From contig NOWV01000242.1 in NCBI GenBank assembly GCA_003344405.1, positions 1-64,000 on the forward strand: 64,000 nucleotides of DNA. Direction: 5' to 3'. The stretch comes from Trichoplax sp. H2 (lineage: Eukaryota). A program made the position numbers and the translations under genes. The notes under the pieces were generated by a model, which was not told the origin of the DNA, made no database searches, and worked only from the letters and a program-made list of their open reading frames with translations. Positions 10,170-21,458 of the stretch are shown piece after piece (positions within the stretch are counted from its first letter, which is position 1; every line of letters begins with the position of its first letter).

Positions 10170-13100
10170 TTAGACTTTAAGTAAAACTTGTTCAGCGACA
10201 GATTTTTGTTTAAAAAGTTTAGTCTTACGAAGTTTGGCATTAATCCAGTCATCAATTACTGACTTATTCTTTTTATAAATATTTAAAGCTATTCCTAATA
10301 ATACGATCAAGCCAGACCATACATACTGTATTGTAAATGGCTTTTCAAAGAAGAGAAACGATAAAACGACAGTTATCGCCTTCCGGAATGTGGTAACTAT
10401 ATAATTTAAGCAACATTTGATCAGAATCAAGCGTTTAACGTCGAAAATGACTATCTTATTATAAGAAGTGCAATTACTTCAATAGAATAGTTATCAAAAG
10501 AACTCACCCGTGACTGCCATGAGGGCTCCAAATACACGAACTAATGTTAAAACCATGTTAACACCAATATAGCCCGTAAAGGAGAGTATTGCGGCAAAGC
10601 CATAAATGGTCAATGCCTTATGACTACAAAATCGAAATGCCGGTCCCAACTGATTAGTGATAAATAGAGCCATAAAAATGTATACGAACCCAATGGAAAA
10701 CGAGTAAAATACCTACCAACAAAAGTAAAAGCAATTAGTATAGATCTAAGCTAATAGTAATGAAGGTAGAGTAGAGAAAATCATTAGCTACTAGCTTGAT
10801 GTGGCATTGTGAAATGTGAATGAATATATCCCAAAGTATAGAAAAATGGAATTTTATGAAGTAAACGTAGTAAGTGCTCATTACCATCTCTAAGTTGGTG
10901 CCATTGTATCCTTTCATTGCTTTTTCTTGTACATTACCGATAGCCGCATCAGCACATAAAGCCAAAGAAATTAGAATAACGCCAAAGGAATCAAATGTTG
11001 GTGAAACTTTACTATCTGCTAAGGTAAACAGAATTAGACCAACACACATCAAAAGAGCTGCAACGAGATCCGCAAGAGTATACTTTTTCCCTTGAATCAG
11101 GATGCCACCAATCATGACAGGTATGAGCTTACAACTTTTAAATATTACCTATTACAATAACAATAATAATTATTGATGATTACTTCCTATTAGTTTAGTT
11201 AACACTTTACTCAGATGAAAGGTAGAATTGAAAATAAAGAGAACTAACAACAGCTGGTAAAGTCTCCGATGTAGATAATACTTAAAGATACAGATTTTAT
11301 AAACGACGACAATAGCTATTTTGAAACTCATTCAAGAATAGAGTTGAAGATGATAAAAGATTTCAAAAATTGATTATTCAAAAATTTCAATATGATAATC
11401 AAAAGATCAATTCAGTCATGTAGTAACAATTAAGACACATTTTAATTTTATATAATGGTAAAAACCGATACATGAATAAAATTTTATCTTTTGGTAGACA
11501 AGCTAAGATTCCTACCTGAGTTGGGTAATTTAAATATCCTAAAGATGTATTGGATAAGCCAATAGTTGCTACAGTTAAAAATGCAATAATCGCATAAATA
11601 CGCAGTGGTATTCGCCTCTTTCGCGCAATCGGATTTTTTAGCTGCATTTCTATTGCACCAAATATTGTGTAATAGCCAAACTGAACAAGGGTTAAGTACC
11701 ATCCATATTGTTTGAAACCTTTGATGAGAAACATTCGCTCCTATTATGGATATTAAAAATTAATATAATCATTCTTTAGAAGCTACGCACATTGCATTTA
11801 GGATGTTATGATCAAGCATACGACTATACAAATGAAATTTTAATCCACAGGGATAGTTGTTGATGCTTAGTAATGTGTCCAGAAATGTAAAGGCATTTCC
11901 GTGTTGGCAATCTTTCACTTATGGTACACTTTACTGTAATATGCAGTTGTCTCGATATCGACAATTAAGTGTCTCAACCAGTACGGTATTTGATACGCGG
12001 CCATTAACTTAAGTATCAGCTAGTTTAATTAATTTACACAACTACGCACACAAAATTGGGTTCGATACTCAATCAACAAGGATTTTCCTTAAATTGGCCA
12101 GCTTAGTGTGTCAATTGATATTTTACTCTAATTCAGTGGGAACATCTCTCCTAAGATGAACAAACTATCAGATGATGTACTTCATTCATGCTATAACGAA
12201 ATATAGAACCCAATTGCAATCTATTCCCAGCGCTTTATGATACTAATACTAAGATCCTAAACTTCAGTGACAGTACTATCTCTATAATAAATCTTATTCC
12301 ATCTTGACTGTCAATCTTTTAGCCCATGCATTTATAAACGATACTGGATTCCATCGTTGGTGTATGGACAAATGGGCACGTGTTTTCGGTCTCAATATGA
12401 AAAAAATACTTTTACAAAATTTGCTAATCAAACTGTAGGGGTTCAGTTCAAGACATGTAGTTGATCCAAAATTGAATGAACAGACTTTGAAACCCACAGC
12501 AAACTCAAGACTGTAAATAGTCCATCAGTAGCAGCACACTGCTTGAATTTAGAAGCAAGTACTTTATCATGTTGAATTTGAATTTTTTATCGGTAAATAA
12601 ATATCTGGAAATGAAATTTATGTGAATAAAGATATATCCAAACATCAGCTTATGATTTTATAAGTATACGATCTATTTCGTGAACGGGGGTCATTAGCAA
12701 GCATTCTTGATAGCCAACTTGAATTTCTGCATAATACTGAGCGTATAACAGAAGGAGAATACATTATGCTGTACACTACTATTAAAATGGTCATCAATTG
12801 AATATAACCTTTGCCAATTAATTACTAATTACTAAACGATTGTGCACAAAGTGTTGGTGCAGAGTTGAAGTGTATTATTATTAATTCAATCCATGGATAG
12901 GTGCTGAGGATTAGCTATTTTCTGTGAAATTAACCAGATATCAGCTACCGTCATAAGGATAAGCGATTTATTGTGATGTAACCGTTGCAACGTGAATTTC
13001 TCTTCTTAGAGTAGATGACTAGTAGCACTTTGATGGATTGCTGACAACTAACCTGAATGTATCCATAAATTAAGTAGCAAGCTAAAACACCGCTAGACAT

Positions 13101-13241
13101 TGCCATAAACTGCGACGAAGTCGACCAAGAATCGATGGAAAAGCCAAATAATGATATGCTAACAGGTAAGTTCACTTTATCACTCTTGTTGACAGTAATA
13201 GCAAGAGCCTTTTTGGAATTTCCATTGGTATTCTCCATCAT
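10170..13241 (-). CDS. SLC35B3: Adenosine 3'-phospho 5'-phosphosulfate transporter 2; 5 exons
   Basis: Approximate exons 13241-13052, 11741-11516, 11147-10885, 10712-10508 and 10396-10170. Motifs YLIYGYIQE, GWYLTLVQF, SLGYLNYPTQVIFKSCKLIPVMIGG, DAAIGNVQEK and TTFRKAITVVLSFLFFEKPFT. Confidence 0.93.
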
Positions 13242-14867
13242 GACTGGATCAATAACTTGTCAATGCTCCAGCACTACCGTTAACTATACCTCGAGGGTGT
13301 TAACAGATCGTTTTAATCGAATGGAAGGACAGCACTCACTTTTGATATGATAGCAGAGAATCGAGTCGATACCAGGCGTACGCTTGAGCTGTGATCATTT
13401 AAAACAGTCAATACTGACTAATGATATGAACAACTCCTCTCTCTTCAGATTATGCTTTATATCTTACTTACTTACTCCTAGGATGAGCTCATTTGATCGA
13501 TCAAGTAGTCATTCACTTGGGCTAAAATAAATGAATTTGAATAAGCTTGATCGTACGATAATGGCAATCGATCGATAATCTCCGTGACCAATAACCTCAG
13601 TCGATGAATAGCATCAAGAGTATAAACTGAAAATGGACATTAATTTGTATATTCGCATTCGACAGTCATTCCATAAATCTCTCGCTGATGCTTTCTGTTT
13701 AGTCGGCTGATGGAATATTTCCAATAAATCATCTGGTCATGCAAGGCGTGCCAGCACGATTAGCAGGCTGTTGCCAGTTCTTTGTGGTTGTCGTCACATC
13801 GGACGGACGCCTACCGACCGCGTGAGTGGTAACGACTGTATAGACCCCGAGACACCCATGCTAGAATAAGCCTGTTACTGTACGACAGCGATCGTTGCAT
13901 GGGATTACTATAGACTAGAAGGTATTGCGGTGGACGACGGTCGCCGTCTCTCGGTCACCGTCGGATGGACGGATTTGGGTCAATCCATGGAGGCCAAAAT
14001 GTCGAGAAAGAGTTACTAGTTGTGCATGTGGATCGTCGGAGTCGGCTTTCTTCATCATTACACTTCATGTATTAATAGTTACAACTACTTGCAAGCAGAA
14101 CTTAGTAAAATAGGATATTACTGCAGCATTTTTCTTCTTACTTAATTATAAGTTATTCTGCTGTGTACAATTAATTCATGAATGAATTTATGCTAACGGG
14201 TAGGTATGCGCTCCAAATCAGCTCTATGATAGGGATTCTCTCTTGTCTCTTTACCTTTATTTTTAAAGTTGAAAAAAAAATAAGTCAAGTCTACTGCACA
14301 GTCTAAAATCAAGTGTATATCTTCTCTCAGTGTACAATACTCCTAAGAGAAGCCTATTTTAGTTTGCAAATAGTCTATGAGTCGATGGGTAGTAAGTCTA
14401 CGCAATTGGTCGGTGATACGGATTTGAAGACCGGACCTCCAACAGTTCTATTAAATTAAATTAAAAATTTGTGAGCAGAACATCCACGGTAAGCTAGTGT
14501 TATGATCAAATTAATTCAGTGCTAGTGTAGCCATAACGCCTACAAAGTCTCGCGGCTTCACTTGTTAGTGCTCTAAAATTAAAGCTATTTAGTGAGGAAG
14601 TAACCTCTCACATCCGTTATTTCGATAGTAGCATGGTAATAAGTCGAGGGATTGCATAGACAGTATTCATGTGTACTGTTGGACTAAGAAAATAAAGAAA
14701 AACTAACTTATACACAATTAAAACTTACACCTACATGCTGGATCGATCGTAATAGACTATCTATAATATAATATATGAAATACTGCATTCAAATAGCACG
14801 ATATTAAAGATTTCCATTTTCTACTGATGTTAAGAGTAATTGAAGAGTTATACAGTATGTATTTCCT

Positions 14868-17157
14868 GTGATTGTAGTAAGTCATAGATCACTTGGAAGA
14901 AAACGTAGCCTCATTTGGCAAAGCTTTATCCAGATCGATGCTAAAAAAAAATATGTCAGCTGTCGATACTGCCATGCTGCATTTTATGGTACGATCGAGA
15001 AAATGACCAAACATATTTTAGAGAACTGCAGCGCAGTTCCAAGTGAAATAAAGCAATATCATAATATTAAATACAATAAAAGCGCAGACAGCGATATGGA
15101 ATGCACAGCATTAAACAATGCTGAATACTTAGCTTCCGCTAATCCCCTATCTGCACCTCCAGCGCTTGGCAAAAAACGAAAAATTTCTGATTATGGAATG
15201 GCAAAGCCGACCAATTTAGAACATACAGCCTTATATAGTTCATTGGTGCTTGCTCTTATTACTTCCGATATTCCTTGGAAATTCTTAGACAATGGCTACT
15301 TTCGAGAATTTCAAATGAGATTGCATCCGGATTTTCAACCACTAAGTGGATATCAAGCTTGCGAGCAAATTGTCAACAAATTACAGCTACAAACAGATGA
15401 AGATATTACTAATTTTTTACTGGATTCGACATATTTGACGATATCGTGCGATGCTACCAATAGTGTTGATAACTGGAACATCACAAATTGGGTAGCAACA
15501 AATGAAAACGCGTATTCAGAATTGATATATATTACTTCTCGCCCATGTGCTAAAACTGCTCCAGATATCTTTGAAGAAATTTATAGCTTTATTGCTAGGT
15601 TAAAACTTCCACTATCGACCCAAGTAAGCTTTTGTAGCGATAGTTCCGATATAGACGCCGCAGTAAAGAAAAAAGTACGAGAGCAACCAGATGCGAGAAT
15701 AGGCTTGACAGGAAGTTGTTTAGCCCATCAATCGAATTTCATCATGAAAGATGTTATAAGAAACCTAACGTATCTTGGCAATAGCATTGGGACGTGTCAA
15801 AAAATTGCCAGGTTTACACATCAATCGAAATCCTTTTATGGCCTACTTCGAGATGAACTAGATATACAAGATATATCGATTTGGATTCCGACACAAGCGC
15901 AATGGTATTCAATAGCCATGTGTGTAAAGCAAATATTGTGCATCGAAAAGGAACTTAAAGTTGCATCTGGTAAATGCTCAGACGACGCATTTATGCCATT
16001 TGACACACCAGAAAGTAACCTTCAAAGCATAATAAACGATGATCATTTTTGGAGTGATCTTAAAAGCACTTATGCCATCTTAACACCGTTTAATTTTATT
16101 GCTGCAATGTCTGAAAGATCTGATATAACCTCTAGCCAATTTCTAATAACATGGATGTGGTTATTATGCCTACTGAATAACGCACCAGAAGTAGACAACA
16201 CCATTAGAATAAATATATTCAATAATATTGAAAAAAGGATACAAAATTTCATTGAAGATCATCAGATAATATCGATTGTGCTAGATCCTCGCATTTATCT
16301 TACTGGCTTAAGCCAATTTGGTAAGCGAAGGGTACGCTCACTTTTTTCGCAATTTGTGGAGAGATTATATCCACAAGTGGATATTGCTTTAATTATGGAG
16401 CAATATATTGCGTACTGCCATAAACGATTTCCATTCGATGATAAAATTACATGGAATCATATGGCTAAAGCGCCAATCACGTTTTGGAATGAGTACTCAC
16501 AAGAGACATCGGAATTATCTACCGTCGCCATTACAATAATTACTTTTACGCCGCATGCTTCTACATGCGAAAGAGCATGGTCGGCATATGCTACTATCCC
16601 TAATACTAAGCAACATAATCGACTCAATTTCGAAAATATAACTAAAATTTGTAAAATTAAGCATCATTACGATACTCAAAAGATCATAAATGCAACAGCT
16701 GCTGGCGCTAAAAGATACGCTTTAATATTATGTAATATGGTTAAGATTAAAAGAGAGCATTTACTTGGCAATGAAGAAGATCGACCAGATGAAACACCCA
16801 CTACAGAAGCTATCCAGGATATGAATGATAACCTTAGCGATAGCGAAGATGCCAATTTCATTCGTGCTATAGCTGAAGTAGCAGGTGTATATTACAGTAT
16901 TGAATGATTTTAGGAATTGAATGCTTCAAATAAGGGTTCATTTTCTTTTAATGATGTTCTAAATTATTGTAGATCCTGAGTTTCGTGATGATTTGCCTAG
17001 TAACAGCGGTATGAGTTGCAATCGAAGTGTTGATGTGCAAGCCCCCGAGGATATAACCATGAAAGACTTTACTCTCTCATGGCTGGATCTAACTGCTCAA
17101 ACATTAGATAATATTGAGGAAATTGTTAGATCGTTTGTACCGATAGTTCCAAGGTAA
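14868..17157 (+). CDS. BED zinc-finger / hAT transposase-derived protein (ZBED-like, probably domesticated)
   Basis: 679-aa ORF with BED finger (IWQSF..CRYC..HILENC), D in ISCDA, D in CSDS, CLAH (CxxH) and E in STCERAWS within the hATC domain. An 88-nt GT-AG intron (16885-16972) joins an in-frame last exon 16973-17157. The ORF has no ATG before the BED finger; an AG acceptor at 14876-14877 implies an upstream exon I could not locate. Confidence 0.85.
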
Positions 17158-18858
17158 ATTCATATACTTGTGTAATCTGGGTTTTCTTGTTATGGTAAAA
17201 GTATCTCTTGGTTACTCTTTCTATCTTGCTATGATACTAATAACCTTTAGTAGGGCATTTTGTGAATTGGTATATTGTAAAACATGAATTAAAATAGACT
17301 TGTTATGTTTACTTGACTGATACTGATATGATAATATGATAAATCTGTTGTTAGAATCTGTCAATTAATTTCTATTTGATTGCAATTTCGCGTTTCTTTT
17401 GCACAGTAGCGTATAGGCATTTATATCATTGTGTTATTCCATGCCATATTTGATTATAGATATTATTAATAACGACAATAACACTCTCAATAGGTATTTG
17501 TAGTAATATACATTTTGACGCAATCTGCGAGATAATATATACGCGCACATAACAGATATATATACATATTTACAGTGGCATGGATATACTTATCACTAGG
17601 GATTAAAGATATTGAGGTGTATTTGCTAAAATACTTTTCATTACATAGTTTTGCTTTCGACTAATTGCTTCTACATTGGATCCTATTATAATCAATCTTG
17701 TATAAGGTAGAGTACATGCGAAAAATGCTCCATGTATTTTTTTAAAGATCTTGCTATTTTGATACCTAGCGCTACTTTGTCTACACCTGTACATTCGGGG
17801 TCGTAAGACTGGATTATGTATAGGTGTAATATTGTCTCATTTATAGAATTTGTAATTAGGGTGTACTGTATGCTTTTAGCGTGTTATAAACTAAAGGTAG
17901 TTTATAAATGCATTGCTTCAATATGGTATTTAAATTAGGCTGATTTGATTTCAAATTTTCTCGGAGTCCGATATCAAACAGAATTTTTAGGAGTAGAAAA
18001 TTCATAATAACGATCGGTGCAAGAGATTTCTTCTCACAATAATAAAAATAAAGTAGCGCACCGGGTACGTCTTCTGAGATTCTTGATTGTACGACATTAG
18101 AGGAGTGAATTCAATGTAACTTCGAGTAATGCATAATAAATACGTGATTTTCAATGTTAAAAATTCGTGCAAAGTAACGTTGTAGTTACTAAGCAGAGTA
18201 ACAACTGAGGGTAAATGAATCAGAATAGTGTAAAAGTTCAGTTTTATAACAGTTTATGAGTTCAGCCTAATTCGATGTAACGTATGTTGGATTTGATCTA
18301 GTCAATGCTTCCTATGTTTAGCCTTTATTATTATTAGAAGCGATACAGTTCTACTGCTACTTTGTAGATCAAAGGTATCTGCTGTATGCAATATAGCAAT
18401 ATGAAAAGTATACATCGTCAATGCAGTACATACGAGGACATCTATATATGGTATTTCATTACACATTCTATGCATTTAGTAACGTCTATATCATATAAAT
18501 ACAAGGCAATTCAATAATGATTTTTATAAATTGATGATGCTCGGTTTAGTTGTTTACATGAGCTTATTTATCATTATTAGATGATCATTTTTAAATATGA
18601 ATTGTAAATAGATAATGTCAATTCGACTAGTAATGTACTCTTAAAATTTGAAAGTAAGCATTAATCATGTACTTCAGCAGTACACTTTGTTAAGCCTTTC
18701 CTGTAGTATCCAAATACTGTACATTTCTCAAACGAAATACCTGTACGGTCATATCTATCGGCATCAAAACAGCACGTAGTTACTTTAACACTATCCTCAG
18801 CCAAGTTGAGTAGAATAACGTACACGTCAGCGAAATGATTACGGAATCGGATTTGAAA

Positions 18859-19695
18859 CTATTTTAGAACCAATTCTTCATATTCCCTCTTAGGATTTTT
18901 TTGTAGATATTCTGCCAAGTACCAACAAGATAATTTCATTTTGAAACGATTTTGTAAGGCGTAATCGAAAGCAGTCTAGGATAGCAAAATAAGAAAGCAT
19001 TATACATGTACAACAATTGAATCGCAATGGAGTCCTTGACAAATTGCTGTTAAGCAAGTCGATATAACATGCAAAAAACAACATCAACCGATTTACAAAG
19101 TAAACTGCAAATTTCATCATTGTAATGATCAAAGTACTATTCCAATTCTGGATTGTATCAAAGAATGTCTGTTTAATTTGAATGGCAGGTACAAGTATAC
19201 CAGCAAGGTATGGGCAAGTTGTATCTCTTTTATCGCTAACCTGAGCTAATAGCTTAGCAACACCCATACCACGGAATCTGGGAGGAACACCCGTATGCAA
19301 CATATCTATAACTCCTTCATTTTGAGCTAATGAATATTGCAAGACAGCTTTGTCTGGTATAAAAAACGACAACAACAACAACAACATTAATAGGTTGAAT
19401 TTTAGTCTTTCAATGAGTAAAACTATGTTGAAATAGGTTTCACTAAAAACATCTACCGACCAATATACCGTAGTAAACTATTGTCAACACAGTAGAAAAA
19501 TAACAGACAGTGTAGTGTACATGGTATACAAGTACCGGAGTCGAGTTGAACGAAAAATTCGCTCTTTGCTTCATCGTGCATGACATCCTGCAGGGTTAAT
19601 TTAGTGCAAACTGCACGAGCAGTGGTCTTCGTGATGTTCTGGCTCATCAGTATTCTGGAATGGATTCGGCTGAGAGCTTGCATTGCATTTACCAT
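18859..19695 (-). CDS. NATD1: Small GNAT-domain protein NATD1; 3 exons
   Basis: Exons 19695-19536, 19353-19241 and 18975-18859 splice in frame: VMHDEAKSEFFVQLDS-DKAVLQY..IDMLHTGVPPRFRGMGVAKLLAQ-TAFDYALQNRFKMKLSCWYLAEY. Confidence 0.85.
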
Positions 19696-19810
19696 TCAAG
19701 ATGTTGCATTGGAGCCCTTTACTCCAAGTGTAGATTGACTTTTTGGTAAGTAATTGGGTCGCGATTGGATTTGCTTTCTCGGCCCAGTCTGAAGATGAGA
19801 TCACGACATG

Positions 19811-19997
19811 GTACTGTAGAGTTGAGTATACTGTACTGTACGTACAGTACATTTATGAAATGTACTGTACTGATAGAGATCTACTGTACTGTACACTGTA
19901 CACTGTACTGTACAGTACTACAGTATACTGTAGGGACTTCTCAAGACTAATACTGTACACTGTACCATAGTACTGTACTGTACTGAGTGTACTGTAG
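19811..19997. repeat. TACTG/CAGTA low-complexity tract containing an orphan MITE-type TIR (19931-19948)
   Basis: Dense TACTGTA(C) repeats. TAGGGACTTCTCAAGACT matches the reverse complement of 2144-2161 at 16/18 positions. Confidence 0.75.
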
Positions 19998-20612
19998 TTT
20001 CGACAGGACGGTGGTCAGAAGGAGCCAATACTGGCTCCTGGCTACTGCCACCGGATGGACGGACTTTTCATACAAGATGTGGCCCAAAAATGGGGAAAAA
20101 TAGTCACTCGGTATGGAGCTTCCTTGCTTGTTTTCTAAATCACTCGTATTAATTTAAATAACATGAATGATCTAAAGCTACAGCTTCCAAGCAAAGCTTA
20201 GGAACAGGCAATAGAATACAATGTAATATTACTTAATTTAGAAAAAATCAGTCCATTCAGGATCGACTGTCTGCATACTCAAGTACGGTCATAGTGAAGT
20301 CTTGGACACAGTTGGTGGACCAAAGGGGGGACAAATATCTGTCCGTCCAAAGACGTGTCCGGTCCAGGTATTCTTCCAGTTGTCCGTGCTACTGCAGTGC
20401 ACACTGCACACTGTCGTCAGAGTACAGTACAGTTCAACGTTTAGTCAAGTACTGTATGAGTACCTTCTTCGTATTTTCAAAATTTTGGCGCCACAGCCCC
20501 GTTGAAACGGTACAGATCACCGTATGGTACGCTAACAGCTCACTCAGTTCAGTATGAACTCTATCGCATAATCGTATAAGTCAACACAGTACGGCATGCA
20601 ATGGTTATTAGC

Positions 20613-20716
20613 ACGGTACGGTACGGTACGGTACGCATTCGGATCGCACGTTGATCAACGGGTCCAAACTTACTTGACTTTCACTGTGTTTCACGATCCC
20701 GATCCGATCCGATCCG
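20613..20716. repeat. Pentamer microsatellites (CGGTA)4 and (CGATC)~4
   Basis: ACGGTACGGTACGGTACGGTACG at ~20613-20635 and CGATCCCGATCCGATCCGATCCG at ~20694-20716. Confidence 0.8.
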
Positions 20717-21458
20717 GCTCCAAACCTCACCTACTGCACTTTTACCTCAAGTCAACTTCACAGTGACTGAAGTTTGACTGAACGCTACTGCCAAAGCACA
20801 ATTTGTACAGTGAATTAAATTGCGGCCATTGCCAATTGGCAATCCTGTCAACACTCAGTTTATAGCGTTGTAAAAGCTGCCATTTCTTATGAAAATCTCA
20901 CCTCAAGTTCTCCCTACAAGTAAAATCAACATTAAAGCATCGAAATTTTCAAAGATATTGACTGGGTGGAAGAATTTCTCTTTGAAAAAATCCAAATAAC
21001 AACTGATTCAAGTTGGTTCGCTTACAGTGTGGGAGTCAGCAAGTCTGTTAAAGATTTTACTGCTTGCAAATCTTACGATATCAGATCACCTTTCAGCTGG
21101 TTTTTAGATTATAGAATTCTATTCTACCGTTGCAAATTGATTTTTTCTTCAAACTGGTGTAGAGTATTATAGAATACTACTGAATTACTGATTGCCAAAC
21201 TCTTTCCCTTGTGCCACCGATTGACGGTAGACTTCAACTGGATAACATTACTCCAAATTATTCGAGTACGAATGTAATTCGTGCAGGTCTATCTTCGTAT
21301 CTACGATCTACTCACTCGAAACCAAACCAACTCCATCTTTGCTGAGAAGGGAGGAGATACTTTCATCAGCAAATTTCTGTACACAGTGACAGTGAATAGT
21401 TCCAAGTCGAGTTGTCTTGCTCGTGATTGCACTAGCAAGTGGCTCGCGGAAAACCATC

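Noticed and set aside
14230..14248. TAGGGATTCTCTC as a left TIR of the hAT gene
   Set aside because: Only a weak match to the MITE TIR, and no complementary right end or TSD was found downstream of 17157.
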